Positions 38,583 through 47,632 of a stretch of DNA of 64,000 bases are shown here, piece after piece (within the stretch, counting starts at the first letter, position 1; every line of letters begins with the position of its first letter). The position numbers were made by a program, and so were the translations under genes. Below the pieces are notes generated by a model, which made no database searches, was not told the DNA's origin, and worked only from the letters and a program-made list of their open reading frames with translations. Source of the stretch: Candidatus Poribacteria bacterium (GTDB lineage: Bacteria > Poribacteria > WGA-4E > WGA-3G); contig CAXXUA010000003.1 in assembly GCA_963663765.2 (NCBI GenBank), forward strand, positions 201,534-265,533, in the 5' to 3' direction.

Positions 38583-39769
38583 TCTATCACCGATTCATAA
38601 ACATCAACCAGTTTCTTCGCAATGTTGCGCCAATCGTAATCCTGTTCAACGCGCACACGACCACGCAGCCCTATTTTTTGACGTAACGAGATGTCTATTA
38701 GCAATCGGATGACCGCATCAGCAAACGCTTTCGGTTCATCAGCAATAAAAATATCTTCACCGTCTTGGAGTGCTAACCCCTCTGCACCCACGGTAGTGGA
38801 CACAACCGCTTTCCCCATTGCTAACGCTTCAAGGATTTTGAGGCGCGTTCCACTTCCGATACGTAATGGTACAACAAAAACTGTCGCCTCAGCAAAATAG
38901 GGTTTGATCTCAGGCACGCGTCCTGTGACCACAACACCTTCACGTTCAGCCAACTTTTGCACCCGTGCCGATGGTTTTCCACCAACAATAGAAAATCTGA
39001 CATCCGACATACTCTTCTGAATTAACGGCAACACCTCTTCAGCAAAAAAGGCAACTGCGTCTTCGTTCGGATACCAATCCATACTGCCGATATAGATGAG
39101 GTGTGCGGAAGCCTCAACTTCAAAATCTGGAGAAAAATGCGTAACATCTACACCGTTCGGTACGACTTGGACAGCACCATCCTTGCAATACTTCTGAAAA
39201 ACGGCAGCATCAATCTCAGACGTGCATGTAACCGCATCAAATTTCGGACTGAACACCCGCTCATAACGTTGAAATGCAAGTTTCTGAGTCCAATACGCAA
39301 ACTTGTAAAATAGATTCGTCGTTTCATCCTGTAGACGTTCCCAAATCGCAGAATCAACATTTTGTAATGAAAGCACACTCGGAAGGTCGGTTTCTGTGTA
39401 TAATTGTCCCGTGTGAAACATCTCATAGTGAACAAGGTCATAAGTTTCTGTTGACAACAATTCTTTGAATTTCTGCCTATATGCACCTACATTGTAACGG
39501 GCAACGGTGATGGGTTGTCTTTGGAAAAAAGCTGAAAGAAGTGTACTGAGTGATACGCGAGGTAACGAGGTGGTATTTGCTACAAGGTGTACGTTAATAC
39601 CTAATTCCTGGAGATGTTCAATACTCTCAACATCTGTCGGCTGCGTCTCTAATGCAAGGAGGGACACATCGTTTTTTTCTGCAATCTGTTTGACGAGGTT
39701 ATAGACGCGAATACGACCACCGTCTGTGAGAGGATAAGGCACGGTAGGCGAGAGGAAAAGTATCTTCAT
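38579..39769 (-). CDS. Glycosyltransferase family 4 (GT-B fold)
   Basis: MKILFLSPTVPYPLTDGGRIRVYNL N-terminus and C-terminal ...GSGTRLKILEALAMGKAVVSTTVGAEGL (E-x7-E region). Confidence 0.85.
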   Translation of the reverse strand: MKILFLSPTVPYPLTDGGRIRVYNLVKQIAEKNDVSLLALETQPTDVESIEHLQELGINVHLVANTTSLPRVSLSTLLSAFFQRQPITVARYNVGAYRQKFKELLSTETYDLVHYEMFHTGQLYTETDLPSVLSLQNVDSAIWERLQDETTNLFYKFAYWTQKLAFQRYERVFSPKFDAVTCTSEIDAAVFQKYCKDGAVQVVPNGVDVTHFSPDFEVEASAHLIYIGSMDWYPNEDAVAFFAEEVLPLIQKSMSDVRFSIVGGKPSARVQKLAEREGVVVTGRVPEIKPYFAEATVFVVPLRIGSGTRLKILEALAMGKAVVSTTVGAEGLALQDGEDIFIADEPKAFADAVIRLLIDISLRQKIGLRGRVRVEQDYDWRNIAKKLVDVYESVID

Positions 39770-39810
39770 GTTTAGGGGAAATTATTTCCAATATTAAACT
39801 AACGGGATTA

Positions 39811-40866
39811 TCACTTACTTGTCAACCCATCAAAAAATACAACCAACTTGTCTTTAAGTTGCTGACGTGAACTGAGGGAATGTTGGGGCGGCGTGAAAAC
39901 AGTACCACGTTCTCGTTGTACCCATCCTTTCATACTCCCCTTTGCGCGGATAAGCAGCCATTTGCTTTCAAGATCAACAAAAACTTTCAACCATCCGTTC
40001 TCATTTCGGATGATGTATTTTTGAGAACCGTCCACCACATTCCAACTATTATCTACCTCTATTGTCCTAAGTTTAGCATTTCGTGATAGCGGTATCTCCT
40101 GCAACGTGAAACTTTGCTTTATTTCTTCAGATATTGATCCTTCGTTCAATGCGTTCATAGATGTTAAATCCACACTAAAAAGAGACATTACAATAGGATA
40201 CTTAGATTGTTGAAATACATCCAGTTTTTTGGTGCCATTTCGAATTTCATAAGACTGCTGTGTTTTGTTGTCAGTAATCAACCACGATTTACCAATCTTT
40301 TCAATTGTAGATTGCAAATCTGTTGATAGTGTAATGCGTTTATTGTTAAATGCCTCACGTAAGTTTGGAAGATAGATATCAAGACTATCACCTGCCTTCT
40401 CAATCCTATAGGCAGCCCCAGTTCTATCGGAAAGAACCCAATCCTGACCGCTGATTAACACTTCCAGTTTATGTGCACCCGAACTAAAACTCACATTTAC
40501 ATCCGCATCAGCAAACATTTTTTGCCAGTTATATTTAGTCTTTAATTCTTTATCTATTAATTCGTCACCGTAACGTGAACGCATACCTAACACAACACTA
40601 AACAATAATTTCTCTGATAACACACCATAGTTCAAGTTGCTAATATATTTTTGGTCTATACTGAAAAGATATACATCTTTGGTATAAAACTTCGGTTTTG
40701 AGTTGACCGTTGGTCTGCCACGCACTGATGTACGCGAACGCACCTGCAATTTCGGCGGTTCTGTCTCTGGAATTGGCGGTGCTTGAAAAATATAGACACA
40801 GAAGCAGGCACCTACAAAAACAAAAATGAGAAAAACTAAGCCAATGCTCTTAAATACTGATTTCAT
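39811..40866 (-). CDS. Hypothetical signal-anchored protein with three internal W-x-(V/I)-x-D...Y-x-I repeats
   Basis: N-terminal TM segment GLVFLIFVFVGACFCVYIF. Repeats are DWVLSDRTGAAYRIEKAGDSLDIY, SWLITDNKTQQSYEIRNGTKKLDVF and SWNVVDGSQKYIIRNENGWLKVF. Confidence 0.5.
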   Translation of the reverse strand: MKSVFKSIGLVFLIFVFVGACFCVYIFQAPPIPETEPPKLQVRSRTSVRGRPTVNSKPKFYTKDVYLFSIDQKYISNLNYGVLSEKLLFSVVLGMRSRYGDELIDKELKTKYNWQKMFADADVNVSFSSGAHKLEVLISGQDWVLSDRTGAAYRIEKAGDSLDIYLPNLREAFNNKRITLSTDLQSTIEKIGKSWLITDNKTQQSYEIRNGTKKLDVFQQSKYPIVMSLFSVDLTSMNALNEGSISEEIKQSFTLQEIPLSRNAKLRTIEVDNSWNVVDGSQKYIIRNENGWLKVFVDLESKWLLIRAKGSMKGWVQRERGTVFTPPQHSLSSRQQLKDKLVVFFDGLTSK

Positions 40867-40970
40867 AACAATATTTCACAAGAAAAAAAACAATTCCAAT
40901 TTTAAGACAATCTCTGCTGTTTAATTATAATATTAAATCACAGGAATATGCAAGGAATATCTAAAGGGTT

Positions 40971-41489
40971 GGTGTGTAAAGTTTTTGCACAAACATCCCA
41001 CTCTCCATTGTAGGACATGTCTCTGTGCCCCGCCGCAACTGATTAAATGAGAGATTGCGGACACAGAGCTCTAATGAGTTTTGACGTTCAAGTTGTGTAT
41101 TCGTAGGGGCGTGGTTGCCACGCCCGATCTACGCAAACTTAAAAACCAAACGGGTTGGCCAACCCAACCCCTACGAATTCAACTACCGAATTTGATTGTC
41201 AAACTTCATTAGGTATCAATATAAAGAAATATTGTTAATATTAACCATATTCTTCAGTCCCGTAGGGACGATATGTTTATAGAAATACATATCCCCACGT
41301 CTTTTTAGTCCCGACAAATGCCATACGCGCATTTGGCGTTGATTTGGTAGGGACGATATGTTTATCCTTCTATGTCGTTCCTACGGAACTAAAGAGAGGG
41401 GATGTGATAACGTCTTTCTATAAACATTGCGTCCCTACGGGACTAAAGAGAACAAAAGTTAGTACCTCTGTGCAAAAACTTTACACACC
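40971..41489. mobile_element. 519-bp non-coding mosaic element bounded by 21-bp TIRs GGTGTGTAAAGTTTTTGCACA / TGTGCAAAAACTTTACACACC (copy A)
   Basis: TIRs at 40971..40991 and 41469..41489. The interior is built from nested palindromic units (GTCCCGTAGGGAC hairpins, ATTCGTAGGGG...CCCCTACGAAT). Segment 41216..41489 is the near-identical reverse complement of 50547..50820. Confidence 0.65.
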
Positions 41490-41656
41490 AGATCCACAAC
41501 ACCGCTATTGTATCAAGTGAAACATTTATGGTAAAATATTGAAATGGTATACGTTTTTCTTGGGAATGGAACTCAAAACCATCAACCTCTAATCTTGTAA
41601 ATCTTATAATCTTGAAAATCCTGGTTCAGACAAATGACAAAATTCTAAACATTGAC

Positions 41657-42958
41657 ATGCATACACTAAACCCATTAGCAGCTGAATTAAATCAACAAAT
41701 CCGCGACACTTCTCCAGAAGTTTACGCGCTTCTCTCCGATTTAGGTAAACAAATCTACCTACCAAGAGGCATCCTAAGTCAAAGTGCTGAGGCAAGCGAA
41801 AAAGCATCTCGTTATAATGCAACCCGCGCAGTAGCATTAGCAGAGAAACAAATAATGCATCTGGACGTTTCGCATCATTTCGTCCCTGAACTGACACCTG
41901 AAACCGTTTACAACTATCCACCAATACTCGGCAACACGAAACTACGCAACGCATGGCAAACACACATCCAAAAAAACAACCCACTACTTGCAGAGACAAC
42001 ACTCTGCCTCCCGATTGTGACAAGTGGAATGACACACGGCTTCAGTCTACTTGCCGATCTATTTGTCAATCTCGGTGACACGCTTGTTCTACCAGATAAA
42101 ACATGGGGAAATTACAAACTTATATTCCAAACAAAAGTAGGAGCAAATATCCAATCCTATCCATTCTTTGATAGTGGCAAATGTTTCAACATCAGTGGAT
42201 TTAGTGATGCCCTTTCAAAACATACCGGGAACAAAATGCTAATTCTACTGAACTTTCCTCACAATCCGACTGGATACGCTATCACACATGCCGAAGCACA
42301 ACAAATCAGGAATTCGCTGCTCATGTGTGCAAAAACCGGATGTCGTATCCTTGTGATGATTGATGACGCTTATGCTGGCTTTTACTACGATGACGCAGTC
42401 ATGCAAGAATCACTTTTCGGTATGTTAGTAGATAGTCACAAAAATATCATTGCAGTGAAAATAGATGGAGCAACAAAAGAAGAATACGCATGGGGTTTAC
42501 GTGTAGGTTTTATGACTTTCGGGCTTGCAGAAAAGGTGATGAAAGGAATTGAGGAAAAGTTAAGCGGACTCATCCGCGCAAATACCTCTGGCGCATCACA
42601 AATCTCTCAAACGCTAATACTTGAAGCAATGAATGCACCAGAATATACAGAACAAAAACAACAAAACTATCAAATCCTTAAGAAAAGAGCATTGAAGGTA
42701 AAACAGGTTGCGACTGATAAAAAATATGCAAACCTGTGGGAAGTCTACCCAAACCATGCGGGTTACTTCACATGCCTATCCCTAAAATCAGGTAATGCTG
42801 AAGAAATCCGTAATATACTTCTTGACGAACACGGTATCGGCATAATCGCACTAAGTGAAAATGAATTACGAATTGCATATTCCTGTCTCCAAGAATCCGA
42901 AATTGAAGACGTCTTCAAAAAAATCGCACAAGTTGCCAGAACTATTCAATTGTCGTAA
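41657..42958 (+). CDS. Class I/II PLP-dependent aminotransferase
   Basis: NFPHNPTGY, DDAYAGFYYD and a KEEYAWGLRVGF region typical of aspartate-aminotransferase-fold enzymes. ATG 41657 is preferred because the track start (TTG 41612) lies in a dispersed repeat (AATCCTGGTTCAGACA). Confidence 0.75.
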   Translation: MHTLNPLAAELNQQIRDTSPEVYALLSDLGKQIYLPRGILSQSAEASEKASRYNATRAVALAEKQIMHLDVSHHFVPELTPETVYNYPPILGNTKLRNAWQTHIQKNNPLLAETTLCLPIVTSGMTHGFSLLADLFVNLGDTLVLPDKTWGNYKLIFQTKVGANIQSYPFFDSGKCFNISGFSDALSKHTGNKMLILLNFPHNPTGYAITHAEAQQIRNSLLMCAKTGCRILVMIDDAYAGFYYDDAVMQESLFGMLVDSHKNIIAVKIDGATKEEYAWGLRVGFMTFGLAEKVMKGIEEKLSGLIRANTSGASQISQTLILEAMNAPEYTEQKQQNYQILKKRALKVKQVATDKKYANLWEVYPNHAGYFTCLSLKSGNAEEIRNILLDEHGIGIIALSENELRIAYSCLQESEIEDVFKKIAQVARTIQLS

Positions 42959-43020
42959 AGTGAAACACGTAATGAATTAGTAAATTCAATACACAACATT
43001 ACGCGCTTCACCAAAATGGA

Positions 43021-43608
43021 TTATTCCGTTAAGGTTATGACACCGCAACTAACTTGCGTGCCATCTGCTAAATCTCCAGATCCAATCTGTTCATGAATAA
43101 CTAATACTTTACCGTTTATATCAGTTTCTGAATTGGTATCAAAAGTAAGGTCTACGAGATAACTACGGTTCCCGATCCCATTTACATCTGTTGTAAAAGA
43201 ATAGGAATCAAAACCTTCAACATCCCAGATACTACCAGGAGTGTCGCAACTGTCCCCAGAATAGATATATGCTGCGTACTTACGGTCAGGACCCGCATTC
43301 TGAATCTCAACATCAAAGTTCCGAATTATCGTGGATCCTATATCTTCAGTATCTGAATCTATATATTCCGTAAAAGTTGCTGTGCCAGTGATCCCACTTC
43401 CATTCTTTTCAGTGAGTGTTACTGTAATTGTCCTATTTTTAACAAGTATCGGTTCGGTAAATGCGTCGAGAAGTTCTGTTGTTGTCAAATTTTCGCAACC
43501 TGTGATGAAACATGCTGCGAGGATAAGAATAGTTAACATGCATAACTTATTATTTTTTAACGTAAATACGTTTGTTGCGTCAATAAAGGACGCTAAGTAT
43601 TTGTACAT
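43021..43608 (-). CDS. Putative lipoprotein with a Cu/Zn-SOD-like beta-sandwich pattern lacking the metal-binding histidines
   Basis: Lipobox-like LAACFITGC, then GSGITGTATFTE...AAYIYSGDSC...KVLVIHEQ...VSCGVITL, which parallels SodC landmarks (GxxxF, HIHxxGxC, LVIHxxxDD, ACGVI) without the His ligands. Confidence 0.3.
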   Translation of the reverse strand: MYKYLASFIDATNVFTLKNNKLCMLTILILAACFITGCENLTTTELLDAFTEPILVKNRTITVTLTEKNGSGITGTATFTEYIDSDTEDIGSTIIRNFDVEIQNAGPDRKYAAYIYSGDSCDTPGSIWDVEGFDSYSFTTDVNGIGNRSYLVDLTFDTNSETDINGKVLVIHEQIGSGDLADGTQVSCGVITLTE

Positions 43609-44089
43609 TTTGAATATCCCCTTTCTTACGCCAGGATTTGGCGTGTTTGAATTAGTTTGTTTGCCACTTAGATATCTTTATGGATTAAATAAAAGAGACA
43701 TGCCTTTGAATGTGGTTCTCTAAATAAACGAATATCTGGTTAATGTCTGGTGCCCTATAAGTTTACGAACCGAAAAACATCAGGCATATCTCAAGTCCTC
43801 AAATAACGAGGACGCTCTTTGAATTGGACTTTTCATAAATCTAAAACGATTTGTTAACAATGTCAAAACTTTAATTGACTTTTCCATAATATATAGGCGG
43901 AGGTTTCAAGTCTCCCCGCAAGACTTGAAACGTTATTTTGCTTTAGTTTCTTCTGTGGTGGATTCTTTCTCTACACGCTTCCACCTGTCGCGAGTCCTAT
44001 GAGTCTTTGTTATATTTGGTTATATTTGTTGTAAAAGGTATGCAGCTTGTGGGTAAATACTGAATTCCAAAAACATGCTCAATGTTGAT

Positions 44090-47000
44090 TTATTGCTTGT
44101 TCAAATGCTTATATGATAAATCTCCAAGTCCGATAAGTTGTAATCCCCCGTTTTCAGTGCCGACATAAAGCGTTTGGCCAGCAACAGCGACAGAAGTAGC
44201 AGTGTCTGGAATTTCTGGTGTTATCCGTTCCCAAGTGTTATCTGCACTTGTTAATCGATAGACCCCACCTTGCGTATTCTTTGAGGAACTCACAGCATAT
44301 AAAGTCGTGTTATCCGTAGTAAAACGGTCGAATATCAGCTGTTGTCCATCTAAATCGGTGATAATGTTCCATTCCGTGCCATCATTTGAATGCAAAGCAC
44401 CTTTGTCTGTTGCAATCAAAACGGCTTCGTCAGTGATGAATATCTGCTTGAAAGAGACAACAGATATTGGTAGTAAGACAGTATTCCAATTGCGTCCTCT
44501 ATCAACAGAGCATAGGAGAACTCCATCAGGTTTGCCCACGTAGACAGTATCACCAGAAACACCTAACGTGAAACGATTTAATGAGGTTAAATTCGCAAGA
44601 TCACGAGTATCTTTGATATTAGGATCATGCCAACCTGCTTCGTCATTTTCTCGGGAAAAGTGACGCAGTATTAGCAGCTTTCGTTGGTGTTCAACGAACA
44701 ATGTGTTACCACTGATAGCAAATGTACCTAAGATATTTGCCCCCATCTTGAAGAATTTTGATTGCAAATTACGAGTATTTTCTCCATCATTCTCTACAGA
44801 TGTCTGGACTGCTTCCATAAATGTTGCTATAAGATTCGTTCCTCCAAGTGTAGGAACACCTTGAATTGGAATAAGCGTGTCATTTTGTGCGTCTAAACGG
44901 AAAAAGTTTGGTTGGAGTGCTATGAGTCCTTTCGCGTAAAGGTTTCCATCTGCTAATACTAACTGTTGTATTCTTGCAATACTCTGTATTCTTGATTTGT
45001 TCAGTGGCACCTTCTTGTTATAAAAAGTCATCGTCATATCATCTGAATTAACAGGAATTGCTTGCCATGATTGTCCATTGTTGGTTGATGTCACAAGTTT
45101 CTTATTTGCTATTGCATAGATTTTATTATTAAAGGCGATTAGATTCTGTATTTTGCCACCCAATCCGGAATTAAATCTGTTCCATGTGTACCCATCATCA
45201 GTTGAACGGCGAATTCCGTTGCTATCGCCTGTGTAAAATTGATGGTTCATACTTGTAGATTGATCCTGATTAGCGGTTCCACTAGGACTTTTTACATTCA
45301 AAGCAGCAATAACACGTTGACCTGAAGGGTGGACTAAACGTGCGGCTTCATCAACAGGCATCCATGTGTTTCCTTCATCAGTTGACCGTAAAGTGTCTTG
45401 TCCGATTAACAACACCGTTTTTCCTGCAGCAGCAATCGTCAGTGTTGCACTACGCTGATTTTTTTCAAAACCATTTTTCGGTGTTATATCTGTCCACGAA
45501 TAGCCTTTATCTATTGACCTAAAGACTGTCCATAACGGTTGTCCACTTAGTACTGTCTTTAGTGTTTCCATAATACTTATATCGGAGAGAATTCTAAGTC
45601 GTCCTGCTACAATATAAATACGGTGTCCTACCACTGCAATTGCGTGAATGGATTGGGATTCTGCTACCGGTAATTGTTCCCAAACACCTGATTTATCAGG
45701 ACTCTCTTCAAAATAAGGTTTCATGTTGATGCGGAAGAGTCCTTTATCAGTACCAGCAAATAGTACCTTTTCTGCGGAAGTTATCGTATATATTCTTCTG
45801 TCTGCCAAACCTTTGTTTAGCGATGACCAAGAAACACATCTGTCATCAGAGTAAAATATGCCTTGAAGGAGAGCGAGATAAATCGCAATGGAGTCTGCTG
45901 TGTTATCCTTTACGACTACACCAATGGCATGTCCTTTCGGATAAGTACCGAGTGGTGTCCAAGTTTTGCCTTTGTCTTCCGATGCGAGTATTTCATCATC
46001 AGTTACAATATAAAGGGTGTCATTGTGCTCTACCATCGGTGTTGTGTCCTCCGAGGTTGGGAGACTATTATTAATTAAATCCCACTTTTGGTTTTCATCT
46101 GTCATTCGATACAACCCTATTTGAGTCAATGCATAAAGATCATTTGATTTAGTGGCAAATAGTGTAGGCACTTTTACAGACTCAGGACTGTCAAACTGAG
46201 TCCACCATTCCGTTGAGAGTTGCTCCGCTGTTTCAATGGTCTGGAAAATATTGGTAAGGTTTACGTTTTGAGAGGTATCCGTTTTCTCGCCAATTCCTTG
46301 ATTGTTACTGGGAATATCAGTGTTCCCAAGTTGATTACGCTGTTCAGGTTTTATTTCCTGTTCAATATTGGTAGGAGTTTCAACGATTTCGACCATTAAC
46401 ACTGATTCGGAATCAAGATCATAAGGTAGAAAAGAAAGAGAAAGGTGTTGTATTCCAATACCTATTAAAAAAAGAACTAAAATAGCAGAGGCAGCAGAAA
46501 GGACCCACGGCAATAAAGGTTTGCTGCCTGAAGGAACAACAGGATTGGTGCGTGATATTTCCTTCATTATGTTCTCTGTCAATTGTGTTGGGAGTTGGAA
46601 GCTGCTAAGATTCTCTCTAATTGTCGCTTCTTCCTTCTTTAGGCGGTTGCGAGCGCGATTCAGTCGACTTTTTACCGTATTCAAAGATACACCGATCATC
46701 TTACTAATCGTTTCACAGGTCATTTCTCCGAGATAATGGAGTGTCATGACCGTGCGTTCACTCTCAGGTAGTTTTTGGAGTAGTTTTTGGACAACTTCAC
46801 GTAAGGTCTCAGTCGTTTCAATGTCGCGCTTTTCTACCATATACTGTGAATGTGACACTTGATCAATCTCCGTTATATCTGTCGTTTCTATTGATTGTAT
46901 TGGAAGCCGTTTCTTTCGGTACCAGTCAGTACATAGGTTAGACGCAATCACATATATCCAACCTGGAAACAAGTTGTGGTCTTTCAAAGTTCTAAGTCTT

Positions 47001-47173
47001 TCATAAGCTCTGAGAAAGGCATCTTGGGTAATTTCCTGTGCTATGTGAAAATCTCCAATTTTACGCCATGCAAGCGCGTGAATCCCTTTTTGGTATTTTT
47101 CAACGAGCTCTGTAAATGCTGTTTGATCACCGTCTAATGTCCGCTGAATCAATTCAGAATCGTTATTATGCAT
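44090..47173 (-). CDS. ECF sigma-70 factor fused to a transmembrane helix and a large BNR/Ycf48-like beta-propeller ectodomain
   Basis: Sigma region 2 (FTELVEKYQKGIHALAWRKIGDFHIAQEITQDAFLRAY, CTDWYRKK), region 4 (ERTVMTLHYLGEMTCETISKMIGVSLNTVKSRLNRARNRLKK) and TM LLPWVLSAASAILVLFLIGIGI. Repeated SxDxGxTW-type motifs follow (SEDKGKTW, SIDKGYSW, STDEGNTW, STDDGYTW, STNNGQSW, SVDRGRNW). Confidence 0.75.
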   Translation of the reverse strand: MHNNDSELIQRTLDGDQTAFTELVEKYQKGIHALAWRKIGDFHIAQEITQDAFLRAYERLRTLKDHNLFPGWIYVIASNLCTDWYRKKRLPIQSIETTDITEIDQVSHSQYMVEKRDIETTETLREVVQKLLQKLPESERTVMTLHYLGEMTCETISKMIGVSLNTVKSRLNRARNRLKKEEATIRENLSSFQLPTQLTENIMKEISRTNPVVPSGSKPLLPWVLSAASAILVLFLIGIGIQHLSLSFLPYDLDSESVLMVEIVETPTNIEQEIKPEQRNQLGNTDIPSNNQGIGEKTDTSQNVNLTNIFQTIETAEQLSTEWWTQFDSPESVKVPTLFATKSNDLYALTQIGLYRMTDENQKWDLINNSLPTSEDTTPMVEHNDTLYIVTDDEILASEDKGKTWTPLGTYPKGHAIGVVVKDNTADSIAIYLALLQGIFYSDDRCVSWSSLNKGLADRRIYTITSAEKVLFAGTDKGLFRINMKPYFEESPDKSGVWEQLPVAESQSIHAIAVVGHRIYIVAGRLRILSDISIMETLKTVLSGQPLWTVFRSIDKGYSWTDITPKNGFEKNQRSATLTIAAAGKTVLLIGQDTLRSTDEGNTWMPVDEAARLVHPSGQRVIAALNVKSPSGTANQDQSTSMNHQFYTGDSNGIRRSTDDGYTWNRFNSGLGGKIQNLIAFNNKIYAIANKKLVTSTNNGQSWQAIPVNSDDMTMTFYNKKVPLNKSRIQSIARIQQLVLADGNLYAKGLIALQPNFFRLDAQNDTLIPIQGVPTLGGTNLIATFMEAVQTSVENDGENTRNLQSKFFKMGANILGTFAISGNTLFVEHQRKLLILRHFSRENDEAGWHDPNIKDTRDLANLTSLNRFTLGVSGDTVYVGKPDGVLLCSVDRGRNWNTVLLPISVVSFKQIFITDEAVLIATDKGALHSNDGTEWNIITDLDGQQLIFDRFTTDNTTLYAVSSSKNTQGGVYRLTSADNTWERITPEIPDTATSVAVAGQTLYVGTENGGLQLIGLGDLSYKHLNKQ

Positions 47174-47632
47174 AAAATTTTCTCCAGAGTAGTACCACTA
47201 CTTAACTTAAGTGACGAGATTAAAAATTAAAAAGGTTGCATTTTTTTAGAAAATAAACAGACTGCACACTTATGGAGTTGATTCATACACTTTCAACCTG
47301 CCAATCTTCTCCATTCCGAAAATAACGCCATACTTATGGGAAATCCTAATAAACAAACAGCAGAAAACATCACATATCACATAACTATGATGTATAATAT
47401 ATCCCATGAAACACCAAACCAACATTCTACCATATATAAAAAGCCTAACGAAAAAAACCTCAAAAAAAGGTTAAATACGGGTAAATACGGGAGTCTGATT
47501 CTATAAACAGAGAAATTGTATATGAATCTAACTCGTATTCAGAATGTACCCAACTTCGTATTTAAGACGTTAAAGTTAAGTAGTAAGTCTCACCTTAAAA
47601 ATGTACACCCGAAAATAGATGGAGTTTATAAA

